Positions 46,701 to 59,897 of a stretch of DNA of 64,000 bases are shown here, one piece after another (position 1 is the first letter of the stretch; the number at the start of each line of letters is the position of its first letter). The stretch is from positions 620,001 to 684,000 of the forward strand of contig QPGO01000007.1 of assembly GCA_008632985.1 (NCBI GenBank), read 5' to 3'. Below the pieces are notes generated by a model. That model saw only the letters and a list, made by a program, of their open reading frames with translations. It made no database searches and was not told the DNA's origin. A program made the position numbers and the translations under genes. Source of the stretch: Psammoneis japonica (lineage: Eukaryota).

Positions 46701-48620
46701 CAGCTTGAAGAGTGGCCGGGCTTGGGCATGTGCAAGCAAGCTTGGCAGCCTGTGTTTGAGATGGCTTGGCAGCTCAGTTTCATGTTCTGTCATTCCATGA
46801 TGTGCTTCACAATGATGCACTGGATGACCATCGCTTGATGCATTGAATTCTGGAGAGCAAAAATTGAAGACAAGCCCACGGACAGAACCTTGCGTGGAGT
46901 TCAATTTTTTCATTCAGGTTTGATGCATCCAAAAGGGAGTGGCCCTTCTCAACAAGCTGCTCATGCAACATCTCCAGAAACTGATCATGCTTGTGTGGGA
47001 GCATGCCAACCATCAACGCTCTTGGGCCAGAATGCCACCCTGACATTTGCTGCTGATGTGAGTGGCAGAGTGTGCCCAGTTTCTCCTTGCTGAGAAAATC
47101 TGGAGTTTCTCCACGTGGAATGCCCAAAAGATGCACACTGTGAGGGGCACTTGCTGCTGTGGTCTGATTCATGAAGTGAGGGATGTTGCCGCAGAAGCTG
47201 TCATTGACATGGGGAGTGCTGCAACAATGACATTTATCTGGCCCAGCGGGATTTCTAAAATGGAGATGGCCTGTCAACACAGGGATGTCAGCACCATTTG
47301 TGCCAAGTCCAATGAGTTGATCAACATTGTCTGGGTTGAGTTCAAACTTGGGGAACTTGTGAGTGCCTGCATCTTCTTGGGGAACCAAAGCAAAAACGTG
47401 GCCATGGAAATGAGTCCAATCACCAGACATCAAGAAAACTCCCGATTCCCATCAGCATGCTGCCGAGGGCAAGGTTTTATCACAACCATGATTTTGCAAT
47501 TGCGGACAGTGTGGAAAAGGTCTGAAGTTGCAAAACGATGGTCATGGAGCTCCTTCTGGGTGTCATGATGGACACTCATCAAGATGAACTCAAGCACACC
47601 AGCAGCAGGAGAGGGGCAAAGCAGCAGAGCACCTCTTTGCAGCAGACAGCCTGCCTTGGTTGATGGCAGCAGCATTGGCTTAGTTCATGGCAAAGACAGA
47701 GCCATTCTGGGAGGAGCTTGTCCAATCTCAAAGAAAGGAAAAGTGAGAGCAACAGCACAAAAAGTGAGGGCACCAGTGTGTCAAGTTGGGAAGCAAAAAT
47801 CTGTGACTGACATCATGTCAGCTCCGCAAGTGCAACCCCATCAGACTCCCATGCTCATCTGAGTCATTGTTCACAATTTTTTTTGCTGCTGGCCCCATCT
47901 CCCAAACCTGCCAGACAACAAGGGATCCCTTGGGCTGCTTCCTCATCTCTCATCTCGCTTTGCTGGTCTTGTCCATCATCCATGGTTCAACCCTTCAGCA
48001 CCTGCTTTTGCTTGGTGACTCTGCCACTCAGCTGCTCCAGCTGGGGGTGGAAAGCTGCAGCAGCAGGTCCAGCCAAGAAGGTCCTCTTTGAGTCTGGAGC
48101 ACAGCAGGCAATGACACTTGCACCGGCGGGGCCCTGCTGTGCATGTTGTTGGATGTTTTCGATGACTTTGAAATGGCGGAACACCCGGGGGTCGCGCTTT
48201 GGAGTTTTTGACCCCCCGATCTGTTCAACACATGCCACCATGTCTGCAAAATGCCTTTTGAAATGCCAGCGGTCCAAATCAAACCGTGTTTGGCATCTGA
48301 AAAGTGTTCCTTCCACCGCTTTGCTCGGCTCTGGGGCAGTCAAAGAAACGAGGTGCAACATTGTTTGTTTTAAAATGATTGCACACATTTCATTGATCAC
48401 ATCTAAAAAAACAAACCACCAGTGCTTACCCCCCATCCCCATCCCCCCCCTGGAACAAGCAGACACTCAGCTTTCCATGGATGCATCACATGTGGGGGCT
48501 GTTGCGGGTACAAAATTTCAACTCACACTGCACTGGTTCGGGCGCATGTGCATGTCATTTCAGACGTGGCTTTTGTCGCACGACTCACTCACGCCTCGCT
48601 CGAGCCACGACCCACACTAC
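42720..48620. other. TpA-depleted block D, including unidentified degenerate coding remnants at ~45.2-47.5 kb
   Basis: Surviving TA mostly in CTAG/TTAG/TTAA; largely Tyr-free ORFs. Confidence 0.75.
44046..44797. mobile_element. MITE-like element with perfect 26-bp TIRs
   Basis: CAGAGCAGAACGCAATTTAAGGCCCG at 44046-44071 and its reverse complement at 44772-44797; no clear TSD. Confidence 0.7.
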
Positions 48621-48686
48621 TGATGATAACACGGCATCATTACACTCCTGGAGGTCATAATTTCAAGTCAACTCGAAGCAAAAAAC

Positions 48687-48971
48687 ATGCAGGTACTTTA
48701 TGACAGTGACTCTGATTGTGAAGGAGATCTAAGAAACGACAGAGTCCTCGGAAATATCTACACAAACTATGGCACTGGAGAAACGTATCAATTTGATGAA
48801 GAACGCAAGGCTGACGAAGAGAAGGCTGTGAAATCTCTTAGAACCAGGTCAGCCCAAGAGGTTTCTTCCCATTTGATCGCAAAGAAGAGACGCTCCAATC
48901 GCCGTAATCGCCTCACCAGAAACGGAGTGTTGTCGAAATTATTGAAGTTTCTGCGAAAACCACGTGGCTGA
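48687..48971 (+). CDS. Small hypothetical protein (94 aa; acidic N-terminus, basic C-terminus)
   Basis: ATG-initiated ORF with normal TA/Tyr content, just outside block D. Confidence 0.45.
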   Translation: MQVLYDSDSDCEGDLRNDRVLGNIYTNYGTGETYQFDEERKADEEKAVKSLRTRSAQEVSSHLIAKKRRSNRRNRLTRNGVLSKLLKFLRKPRG

Positions 48972-49231
48972 AACGTGCGTAGAAATAAAGCTTTTTCCAA
49001 CGACGTAAAATGGTCCAAGCATGGAGTCGCTCTATGAAAATTGCTATCCGAACGTTCTTGCTTTAGTATCTTTACTTTTTTGAATTAAACCTTCTCCTTC
49101 CTCAAACTGCTAACTGATAGAGTGCAACCCATAGAAATCGGTCGTTCTATGCAGGAGGTGAAGGGGCGGTCCTTCTCGGCATATCAAAACACGAGAAACC
49201 CGTTCAACCTCGGATGCCGATACTCAACCAC

Positions 49232-50365
49232 TTATTTTTGCTCCTTCCGCACAACCTCCAATGCTTCTTTGACATCTTCCTCGGGTATAAATTTGAACCA
49301 TTCATTGCATGCCGTTTGTGCTTGCTGTAACAGAGCAACAAGTTCCGTTGCATCCACCCCATTCGACTTTTTTCTGATTTGATACTCCAACTCGGCCGTG
49401 GCGTCATCCCACGCTGTCAACATTTGATTGCGATACAAATCCCTCAAATCTAGATCCGACCGTACGACCGTGGTGACATCCGGCAGGCGGTCGGAACGAA
49501 TCATTCTTGACCTTTCTTGTGCGCTGGCAGTGAGTGTGTACCGATCTCCAAAGAGCAAATTGTTCGTGTAGGCATTCAACGCGGCTCTCATGGGATTGTT
49601 CCGTTCCAAAACCAATTGCTGCCTCCGGAGTCGGTTGAATTGGTTTTGTTCGCCCCATTGTTCGGCGGCTTCGTTTGATCTCGTCAGCGGATTCGTAGAT
49701 GTCTTGGCGGTGTCCAGAAAAGAAGTCTTGGAAGCTGTTTCAGACTGCCGAGCCTTTTTCCAGTTTTGCCATGTATCAATCTGTAAATAAGTCTTGGAGG
49801 CAATCGCTTCATCTGATGTTTTGAAGAAAGTTGTAGGTTCTTTGGACTGGCTCAACACCAATTCTTGAAGTTTTACCATCATTTGAGGTTGCATGGACAA
49901 GGCCTTGGCCATTTCGACTGCTGTATTGATCAAGACGAGAACACGCGTTGCGGGTAGCAGATTTTCTAGGGGGGCATAGGGCTTGCTACCATCGTCATTA
50001 TTGATGCCTTCTGTATCCGACTGAGCCGCAACACTGGTGGCTGGAGACGAAACGAGAGCACCACAAGACAGCAGCATAGTTGTGTGAAAGCATCGGTGCA
50101 GACCGGCACGTCTCGAGAGCAGTCCGTATCTCTTAGGAGAACCAAGTTCCCCAGGGACATTGACGTTGTCGTCATTCGGAGCCAGATTCATCCTGTATGA
50201 GTTTCTTTGACGAGCCAATTGCAGACGGCGAGAGTTCCCGAATCCTTGTTCTCCTTCGTGCTGAAACGAGCCAAACGCAGTCGTCAGTGCTATCCCAGAT
50301 GTTGAGAGAATTCCTACCCAACACAGGACGGGCATTGTGATGGAGATTCTATGGGTTAGCCTCAT
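49232..50365 (-). CDS. Hypothetical, probably plastid/thylakoid-targeted helical protein; start uncertain (50365 or 50335)
   Basis: Long ORF; signal-like segment ending 'TTAF', then 'LSRR' plus a hydrophobic stretch. Confidence 0.7.
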   Translation of the reverse strand: MRLTHRISITMPVLCWVGILSTSGIALTTAFGSFQHEGEQGFGNSRRLQLARQRNSYRMNLAPNDDNVNVPGELGSPKRYGLLSRRAGLHRCFHTTMLLSCGALVSSPATSVAAQSDTEGINNDDGSKPYAPLENLLPATRVLVLINTAVEMAKALSMQPQMMVKLQELVLSQSKEPTTFFKTSDEAIASKTYLQIDTWQNWKKARQSETASKTSFLDTAKTSTNPLTRSNEAAEQWGEQNQFNRLRRQQLVLERNNPMRAALNAYTNNLLFGDRYTLTASAQERSRMIRSDRLPDVTTVVRSDLDLRDLYRNQMLTAWDDATAELEYQIRKKSNGVDATELVALLQQAQTACNEWFKFIPEEDVKEALEVVRKEQK

Positions 50366-50529
50366 ATCTTCAAGCGTTGATCGAGTTGGTTGCAGACAGT
50401 TTGAACACCAGGCGCACAGGGCCGCCACGGGTTGTTTGTTGTTTATCATGGAGTGTTCAGTGTGGAGTTCGAGGTTCGACGTTTTCACAGCATCGTGTTT
50501 TATCGTGCTGAGGAGCGAGAATAAGCGAG

Positions 50530-53270
50530 GCCCCCTCGTTGGCTGGCTGGAGCCAACCTGCATCATGCCCACATTTTTGTTCACACACCAACGTTCGAAT
50601 TTCGGGTTTCTGATTTCGGTGGACGAAAGGCACACTCAGATTTTTGCAGAGATGGAACATTGAACGTGTCCCAAAGTCCAAAGCTGACAACAGCACCATT
50701 TTTTCCACCCTGGAACAACAACCACAACAACCACATGCTTTGCTGAAAACGGCTCTGTGCCCCATCATCAGCATCATCATGAGAACAAGGCACGAGGGGA
50801 TGTTGTGATGTCAGAACCCTGCAGTTTGACAAAAATCATGCAGTGTTGTCTCAAACAAGCCACTTCTGCCACTCTCAGGAACATGGAGGTGTCTGCACAG
50901 CAATCTTGTGCTTTTCCTCTGGTGGCTGGACATTTGTCGTGCTGCCAGCGCCAGCAAAGCTCAGAGATGACGCAGCTCTCACTTCTGTCAGCAGTGTGGT
51001 CTTCATCACAGGCCTCTTCAGCCAACTTTTTGAAGGCAGTCTAAACAGCCCAGAAATGCAATCTGGTGCAATTGGCAGAGACTGTGTGTGTGCACAAAAT
51101 CCTGCAAACATGCTCCTCTCCAGAGCACATTGTTTTGTGTGTCCTTGGCATGTGAAGGACATTGACACAAAAAAGAAGGCAAGCTTTGAGCTGTTGTCAA
51201 AGTCTTCATGAGGGATGTGCATCACAGCAAATTTCTTTGTGCTCAGCGCTGAGAGGATTTTGTGATGATGAAATCTGTGAAAGCTGCCCAAATTGTGTCC
51301 ATGATGAAATCTGCACAAGCTGCCCAAATTGTGTCTGTGCAATTGGTGCCACCACAACACTTGCTGCCAAACTTTTCATGTTGACCTTTGAACAATGAGG
51401 TGTCACACAAATTTTCCAGATCAGTGTTGTGACATTTTTGGAGACACTGCGTGCCAAAAAATGACAGTGCAGTGTCACATGCACGGGACTTGCTTGCATT
51501 GCAAAATGAGTGCACTTGTGCAAAGCCACACATTTGGTTGCAAAAGTTTGGTTTTGAGTCAGAGACTGCACAAAAACCATTGCACCATTTCTTGCAATTT
51601 TGCACACACACACTGTTTTCACACGTGGCTGGAGCACCTGTGTTTCATGCCATTGTTGCCAGCCATGCACATGTGCAAGCCTGTGCTTTTGTGTTGTTCT
51701 TGTGATTTGGCATTTTTTGACACACCAACAAAGCCCCAGATGTGAGTCGGCAGCTGTGCTGTTTTTGTCCAACCACAAGCAGAAACTTCTGTGCACAAGC
51801 TCCAGGCTCTTTTTTCTCTCTTGTTTGTCATGCACCACAATGCTGGGGAGAGAGCTTCAGCCACTCCTGTGCAGACTGCAGACATGGAGGTTGGGCATGT
51901 GTTGCTCTGTCTGCTGGAAACAAAGCCAGAGCAGAGCACCGGCCAAAAAAACATTTCATGGCAGGAAAACCAAGGCAAAAGAATTAAAAAAAAGTTGAGT
52001 GCTGGCATGACCTCTGGCTAAAACATGTTCAGCTGCTCCATGTAAAACCCTCTTCTTAACTTGGAGAAACATGGCGAATGGGCTCAGCTGGCAACTGGCT
52101 GGTTGTTCAACAACCCAAGCTTGGCTCCTGGGTGCTGCATTTTTAAGTTGGGTTAGACTGGTTGAGTTGGTCAATCTTGGTTAAATCTTGTCATGCACGA
52201 GGGCACACATTGCTGGCACTCAGCAAGCTCCTCTGTTGACAATTTTCAAGCTGGAACAAAATGAGAAAAGGGTTTCTCTGAGATGAAAGGGAGGTTCTCA
52301 GGCTTCTTCTGCAAGCAACTGCATGAAACAAGTGCAGCCCAAATGTGGTTGGCTTTGGACACACATTTGGCAATGCACCAAGCTTGCGTTTGTGGCAGCT
52401 GCAACAACATGCTGAAAAATGCTTTTGATGAGTTGATTTTTGCACCACAGAAAAAGGGCTCAAAAACAGCAAAACAGCCAGCCAAGAGCCAAGAGCAAAT
52501 CATTTTCCAACCCAAGGTTGTGTCCAAGGCAGCTGAACACTTCTTGGCATGTTTTTTGTTTTTGCACATGTGGGAATTTGTCTTGAGCCCCTTTTGTGTC
52601 GGAGCTCGTTGGGCAATGCTTTGTGCACAAAAGCCGCTGGTGCTTTTTTAATGCAATGAATGTGAAAGTGTCAATCCCAAACCCCATTTCCCACCAGCCA
52701 TTGTCTCACCTGTCTGTTTTCTGGTTCAATGGTGAGGGAGAGAGAAGACAAAGACAGGCTTGTGCAAAATGAAGCTCTTTGCCTCCAGCTGTGCATTTTG
52801 CATGATGGAGACGGCGCCAAATGCCCAAGAAAAAAGAACAAACGCCCAGGCGCTTGCACCCACCCATGACCCATGACACCTGCCCCACTCCCCCCACTGC
52901 ATTTTGGGAAACAAGGCCAAGAAAAACCGGCCCCACTTTGCTCCTGTTTTGAGAGAGCAGGCAGTGACATGCCATTTCTGACTTTGTGCTTTTTGCTCGT
53001 GTGTGAGGCCGGAACATTTCAGTCTTTGTCCCTGGAAATGCTGCCAAACGAAAAAGTTTCTTTTGCGGTCCTCTCTTGGCTCTCCAATCCCACTATTTTG
53101 GGAGCCCTCCCTTCTTGGTGCCTGGGCTTTCTTGGTGCCTGGGCTTCGTTTGCAACACCGGTCTTCTGGCTGATGGTCGCACCTGCGGGTCTTGTTGCCG
53201 GCCGAGGACTTTGCACGCGCGTCAGGATCTTGGTGTCACGCTGGCGTGATGGCGGGAAAAGACTGGACGA
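50530..53270. other. TpA/CpG-depleted block E (unidentified element)
   Basis: Same composition as the other blocks; contains a ~36-bp duplication at ~51265-51336. Confidence 0.7.
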
Positions 53271-53916
53271 GGAATCTTACGCGACTCAAATCATTGTGCG
53301 CAACGGATTGTTTTCGAATCGCTGATGCAATTCTTCAAAAACAGATTTGAATAAAAATTAATTCTTTTTTTTTACAAGATCCGGTGTGCAAATTTTCAAA
53401 AACTCGATGCTGTTGACAATCAAAAACTTATGCGTAGTATGCGGTCATGGAGAGAAACATCACTGTAAGTGACCAATTACAGTACAGTGCGTACTATGCA
53501 TGATATGTTCAGTCGCAGCAATGTACTGTAATAACGCTATTCTACTGACTTTTTTATGCGCATGAGTGAATACTTTCATGATTTGCAACGCTTCAAAACA
53601 ATATAAAATCGGATAGTAACTGGTCCAACGGGTATGTTGTATTAATGCATATAAATATATGAAACGTCGTCTTGGCGATCGAACTTCCCTTCCAAATTTT
53701 CCCTGTGTACATTCCTACACGATTTTTCTACTGTCACGCATTCCACATACGTCGGCATCATCCACCTCCAGCGTCCTGCAACCAAAATGAACACAAAAAC
53801 ATCAAGAGCTGGTACCGGTAGATGGTTGATGGCAACATAAAATTTGCCTTGTTCTATCGATCGGAGATACTTTCATCGGAAGTCATAGTGTAGTCGCTGA
53901 GGACTACCCCAATCAC

Positions 53917-55969
53917 ATGACAAGCCAAACGAGCTCCGCCAATGCCGATGCGACGGCAGTAACATTGTCACAAAGTGCAGTGGCAGAGTACGACAATATC
54001 GAAGTTCCGGATAAGCCTCCTACCTCCGAGGATGGGACGGTTACGGTAAGATTTCTTTATATTTCGTTACGAAATGCGATGGCTTGTTTATTGTGACTTA
54101 CGTCGTTGGTTTGCCCCTTCTCTCTTCCAATTTGCACAACAAGAGTGACAATGCTGACTTGACATACTCCAAGTTTCAGAACAAATATGCTCTGAAAGTT
54201 GACCCACTACAGGGAGATAAAGCGAGCGAAATAAGGATTTGTTCGTTTGCTAGACCACATATGCGAGCATTCCACTTTGCGTGGTGGAGCTATCACGTTG
54301 CGTTCCTCATGTGGTAAGTCGATGCCAATCCGAACCCTAAGAGATGCTCCATGCTGCTGCATGGCTAGTTGTCTCTCATTTTCGACCTGCCAATCTCTTT
54401 TTGTAGGTTTTGTATATCCCCTTTGCTTTCCGAAGTTCAAAATTCACTTGACCTCTCAAAAGAACAAATCTGGACGTCATCCATATCAGCAGTTTCAGGC
54501 ACCATTCTGATGCGCTTTGTTCTGGGACCGTTTTGTGACAAGTACGGGCCGCGTATCCCCATGGGGATAATCCTCCTGGCAAGTGCCATTCCTACAGGAA
54601 TGACAGGGCTGGTCCAAAGTGGAACGGGATTAACAGTTCTACGATTCTTTATCGGCATTGGAGGATCTACTTTTGTCATGGCTCAGTATTGGTGCGTTGG
54701 GTTGTGCAGGTGCTCCTTATAATTCTTGTCAGTCGCTCACAGTTTGTCGCTTCTTTCCATGCACTTTTAGGACGAGCATCATGTTCACTAAAGAATGGGT
54801 CGGCACAGCGAATGCAACAGTCGGAGGCTGGGGCAACTTGGGCGGTGGCGTTACTCAACTGCTTATCGGATCGTTCCTCTTTCCCGTGTTCAAAGCCATT
54901 TACGATGGCGACGCCGAGAAGTCATGGAGAACAGTGTGTATTTTCCCTGCCATGGTTGGAATCGTCACATCAGTCGTAGTGGTGAAGTGCTCCGATGACA
55001 GCCCGCAAGGAAATTACTCAAAGCTCAAGAAATGCAACCAAATGGAGAAAGTGAGCGTGATCAAGTCTTTCAAGGATGGTGCCAAGAACGTAAACACATG
55101 GCTTGTTTTCGTTCAGTACGCATGTTGCTTTGGCGTAGAGATCACGATGAATAATGCTGCAGCTCTCTATTTCAAGGACGAGTTTGGTCTCTCGACTGAG
55201 AGTGCCGCTGCAATCGCCTCAATATTCGGCTGGATGAACCTGTTTGCTAGAGGGCTCGGCGGCTTTGTAAGCGACAAGGCCAACGCAAGATGGGGTGAGT
55301 TCAGATTTTTTTCTTTTTAAAATGTTGAACTCTTTGTACTGAGTAACAAGTAGTACCTTACACCCTGTCTCTTACGCTGGTTTGAAACAGGGATGAGAGG
55401 AAGATTGGGGTGGCAGTCATTCGTTCTGTTCATGGAGGGATGTTTTGTTGTCATCTTTGCTTTCTCCACGACGCTGTGGATTGCAATTATCGTACTGGTA
55501 TTCTTTTCTGTGTTTGTTCAAGCAGCCGAAGGTTCTTCTTATGGGTAAGGAGCAGTTCAATGATCTTGCGATTTTGCTTATTTATCGACCTGCATCCTCA
55601 CACTGACATAATGCGTTTTCCTTTTGCTCGTGAAACAGAATTGTACCCTACATTAACCCACCAGTCACTGGTTCGATATCAGGAATTATTGGCGCCGGTG
55701 GCAACACAGGTGCCGTCGGCTTTGGGTTGTGCTTTCGTCAACTGTCGGCAAAAGCCGCGTTCCTCACCATGGGCTTGGTGATTTTGGCTTCATCAGTCCT
55801 CAGCATTTTTGTCTTTATTGAAGGCCAAGCCGGCCTCATTTGGCGCACGAACGTGGCTCATGACCATGAGTCTAAATCAGAAAACACGGATTTGGAACTA
55901 GCATCCTCTGGTAGCGACGGAAACAGCGAATGTGGTTCCGATTCAGAAGCATTCGAAGAGAATCATTAA
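53917..55969 (+). CDS. NRT2: High-affinity nitrate transporter NRT2 (MFS), about five introns
   Basis: 'SFARPHMRAFHFAW', 'GPFCDKYGPR', 'VGTANATVGGWGNLGGG', 'YACCFGVEIT' and 'FGWMNLFARGLGG'. Confidence 0.95.
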
Positions 55970-56224
55970 GAGCGAGTGCATTTTTAACGCTGCCAAAACG
56001 CATGCAGCACTACTCAGTTCTTGGCCATTGTCGTTGAAGCATGACGGCAAACTCTACTACTGTAGGTATCGCAGAGCATATGGTACGGAATGAACTTGAG
56101 ATGCCCCATCTTGCAGTACTGTATGCCAACGGCCCGGAGCGCGAGATCTGTTTAATAATAAAAATAATATTTTCTTTTTTCTTTCGATTCTTTTTACGTG
56201 TGCTACATATACTTATCACCGAAA

Positions 56225-58132
56225 CTAAAGCAGCGCTTCAAGATCGAGTTCCACACATGATGCGGGGTACTGAATATCAAAATTAGACAACACCTTGGGA
56301 TGAAGGATACCAAAAGTCCCAATCTGAACACGTTTACCATTCTCGTTTGACAAAAGAATGGATGCTGCTCGTCCAGGAAAGTAAGTTCCAGCCACAGCAT
56401 CGCCTCCATCCAACTCAGCAATCGTGTACAACCATCCTTCCCGACTGACACGGAACTTTTCTTCCAGAGGATTGGAAGAGTTCTTGGCATATTCATCTTC
56501 GGGCGCCACTTCACAAAGCGTCATGATGCGATCGACAAGACCGTGGATGATTTCAAATCCCGACTTTGGACCCGCGTACACGGCGCATAGCCGACGGCTA
56601 TTCTTGGCGCCCACCACGGTTTCCGTAACGACACACTCATTGTCCACCAACACGACATCACTAATCTCAAATAACTTAAAGCCCGCCGTGAAGCTGGCGG
56701 ACTTATTGTGCTGCAACGTCTTGAGCAAACCCGGAAGCAAGGTGGTCCGCACCACTTCGTATTCGACATTGGCGGGATTGGACAAACGGACAGCAGCCGT
56801 AATGGGTCGTCCAAGCGATGTAAAGTTGTCTCGGGTAGAACACAGGCCGTGAGTCAACACTTCGGTGTATCCGGCACGTCCAATCTCGTCTCGCAGCAAG
56901 TCACCCAGCAGATTGAGCGACTGTTCACCGCCGACTGTGCAGGTTTTCGGAACGCGTTTGACAATGTTGTTGTATCCATAAGCAATGCCAATGTCCTCGG
57001 CAATGTCGACAGGATGCAATATATCACTTCGTGTCGGAGGCACAGTGACTTCGAGGACCGTGTCATTTTCGTGCAACTCGGCAGGACCCAACTGCACCTT
57101 GTTGCACAAGGTCTTCATCTCCTGTGCAGATATGTTGATTCCAATCAAACTGTTGCAGAATTCGACAGAAGCCTGTTCTCTCCTGGTGCTCATTTCGGGA
57201 GTCACGTAGGAATTGACAATGCTGCCGTCGCTGTCTTGGTAGTTGACCGTGACTGGCTCCACCGAAAAGGGCTGGGCGCAGTATTCGCTAAACATGCTCA
57301 CCACAGTATCGAGAACAATGTTTGCTTTTGTCAGGTCGGTGGCTGTACACTCGATAAAGACATTTTTCGTGTCGAGCGTAATCTTGGACTTGTCACCGTT
57401 GATAATGGGAGGCAAACTCAAAACGGCTTCATCGGAATCCAGAACGACTGGATAAACGGGTGAATCCTTTATAATGCCCACATAGGGTTTCAAATGCTTA
57501 CACGATGGGTCTGTTTCATAGAATTCCAAAAGTTCACCCCCAGAAAACTCTCTATCATTGGGAACCAGTGGGACAAAGTTAATGTCCGACGGAGCACGCG
57601 CATCGTAGAAAAAGGGCCCAGACACGGAATCCAAGTCGTGCGTCCCAATCGCGACAAGCGTTCGTTGTCGACACAAGTTACGATGAAGCTGATCCTGCAA
57701 ATCAATGAAACTGTCATAACGTTCTTGCGTAAAGATAATATCACGAAGAACCGCACACACCACAAAGGGACGGATCTTATCGGTGTTACTCTTGCGGACC
57801 GTCATGGTGAATTCACCCTGATCCAACACCTTGTAAACAGGAGCCTCCGTGTCTCCCAGAAAAATCTTGAGAGAACGACTGAGACCTTCCACACACAAGA
57901 GATCATATCGATTCGCCGGGACATCAATCTTGTAAATAACAGACGACGAAAGTGCCGCGACTTCTTTTTTCGAAAGCTTGACCGTTTCGGATTTGAGCGC
58001 TTCTTCTCGTTCCGATGTGATTTCATCCAGCTCCACGCCAAATTCAAAACACAACTCATCAAACTCTTCGTCCGTATAAGTCCGACCCAAATGGGCAAAG
58101 AGGACGTCTTTTTCAACCGCCAAGGTCGGCAT
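56225..58132 (-). CDS. FARSB: Cytosolic phenylalanyl-tRNA synthetase beta subunit
   Basis: 'FDELCFEFGVELDE', 'IDVPANRYDLLC', 'AIGTHDLD', 'PPTRSDILHPVDIAEDIGIAYGYNN' and 'VRTTLLPGLLKT'. Confidence 0.96.
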   Translation of the reverse strand: MPTLAVEKDVLFAHLGRTYTDEEFDELCFEFGVELDEITSEREEALKSETVKLSKKEVAALSSSVIYKIDVPANRYDLLCVEGLSRSLKIFLGDTEAPVYKVLDQGEFTMTVRKSNTDKIRPFVVCAVLRDIIFTQERYDSFIDLQDQLHRNLCRQRTLVAIGTHDLDSVSGPFFYDARAPSDINFVPLVPNDREFSGGELLEFYETDPSCKHLKPYVGIIKDSPVYPVVLDSDEAVLSLPPIINGDKSKITLDTKNVFIECTATDLTKANIVLDTVVSMFSEYCAQPFSVEPVTVNYQDSDGSIVNSYVTPEMSTRREQASVEFCNSLIGINISAQEMKTLCNKVQLGPAELHENDTVLEVTVPPTRSDILHPVDIAEDIGIAYGYNNIVKRVPKTCTVGGEQSLNLLGDLLRDEIGRAGYTEVLTHGLCSTRDNFTSLGRPITAAVRLSNPANVEYEVVRTTLLPGLLKTLQHNKSASFTAGFKLFEISDVVLVDNECVVTETVVGAKNSRRLCAVYAGPKSGFEIIHGLVDRIMTLCEVAPEDEYAKNSSNPLEEKFRVSREGWLYTIAELDGGDAVAGTYFPGRAASILLSNENGKRVQIGTFGILHPKVLSNFDIQYPASCVELDLEALL

Positions 58133-58981
58133 TGTCTCTAGCAATAAGGGCTAGGGCTAAGCCTTGCAATAAAGCAGATCGGATTAATGTTGCTGTTTAC
58201 TGTCGTGCTTCAACGTGAAACGTGAAGCATGCCATACGCGGTGCTCGGAGGTCGGAGGGAGTTTCTCTCCACTACAATTTCTACGTTCATGTTACGTAGC
58301 TCCGAACCGCAAATTCCGCGCGGCTTTGTGAAAAGCGAGGGAAACCCGGATGCGGAAATACTTGAAGCGACAGGTTGTGGTCCTAATCTCCTCTACTAGC
58401 TACAGGTAGTAGCTAGCTACTAGAGTAGAGCTCTATGATAGTAGCTAATACTGTAGTAACAGCACTACTCTCTAGAGAGTAGCTCGATCACGAATTGAGA
58501 GTCTATCTCCACATCGCAAGCCGCGGCGCCATCGCGCAAAAGCGATAGGAAAACACTCCCAACAAGCGCTGCAATGAAAACAGTAGATGCGTTCCAATTT
58601 TCAGGCAACGATTATCAGCATTACGTTGTGTAGTTTGCGATACCAAAGTTCGCAGGTATCCAGGAAAAGTACGACATATACTTCACGAATTGTATTTATT
58701 ACATTTAGGTTATGAAAAGGTCAGAGACACAGCGTATGCATAGCGTCTACATTGTATTTGCGCGTGGAGCTCAGTTATGAGAGCACGCTCCAGGAACAGT
58801 TCTATAGGTGAAACCCGACTTGTGTATCCTGGACACAGAAAATTCCATGGGGTGAAAAATTAGGGAGGAGAAAGTCTGTTGCATAAAAACTCTTTGGAGA
58901 GACACCACAAAGTCTCTTGCAACAAATCTGCAGCAACTAGCTCCAGAGTCCTTCTCTGGGGCTTTGCGTAGCCTGTAAGAG

Positions 58982-59854
58982 CTACGCGGAACTTGAGCCC
59001 TTGCCCTTGCCCTTGCTGCTTGAGCCAGATGAACTGCCCTTGCCCTTGCCGCTTGAGCCAGATGAACTGCCCTTGCCCTTGCTGCTTGAGCCAGATGAAC
59101 TGCCCTTGCCCTTGCCACTAGAACCGGAGGCGCTGCCCTTGCCCTTGCTGCTTGAGCCGGAGGAGCTCCCCTTGCCCTTGCTGCTTGAGCCGGAGGAGCT
59201 GCCCTTGCCCTTCCCGCTTGAGCCGGAGGCGCTGCCCTTGCCCTTGCCGCTTGAGCCGGAGGCGCTGCCCTTGCCCTTGCCGCTTGAGCCGGAGGCGCTG
59301 CCCTTGCCCTTGCTACTAGAGCCGGAGGCGCTGCCCTTGCCCTTGCTACTAGAACCAGAGGCGCTGCCCTTGCCCTTGCTGCTTGAGCCAGAGGCGCTGC
59401 CTTTGCCCTTGCTACTTGAGCCGGAGGAGCCGCCCTTGCTCTTGCTACTGGATCCTCCCTTGCCCTTGCTCGAGCCAGAGGAGCCGCCCTTGCTCTTACT
59501 GCCTGAGCCAGAGGAGCTGCCCTTACTCTTGCTGCCGGATCCGCCTTTACTGCCGGATCCACCTTTGCTCTTGCTGCCGGATCCGCCCTTGCCCTTGCTG
59601 CCGGATCCGCCTTTGCTGCCCGATCCACCTGTGCCCTTGCTGCCGGATCCACCTTTGCCCTTGCTGCCGGATCCGCCCTTGCTCTTGCTGCCGGATCCGC
59701 CCTTGCTCTTGCTGCTGCTGCTCGTTGGCGGCGTCGGCGCTGGAGGTGTTGGCGCTGGAGGTGTCGGCGCTGGAGGTGTTGGCGCAGGAGGTGTCGGCGA
59801 AGGAGGTGTCGGCGAAGGAGGAGGAACATCACTGCTGCTGCTTGAACTTGATGA

Positions 59855-59897
<43 letters not shown>

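Noticed and set aside
50366..50635. N-terminal extension of the 467-aa ORF
   Set aside because: It runs into TA-depleted block E; the targeting-like sequence starts at the downstream ATGs.
22530..53270. The many short Cys/His-rich ORFs in the TA-depleted blocks as genes
   Set aside because: Expected by-product of losing TAA/TAG; Tyr-free, overlapping in all frames, and with no recognisable domains except those listed.
56708..58141. Long plus-strand ORFs (251 and 215 aa)
   Set aside because: Antisense shadows of PheRS beta.
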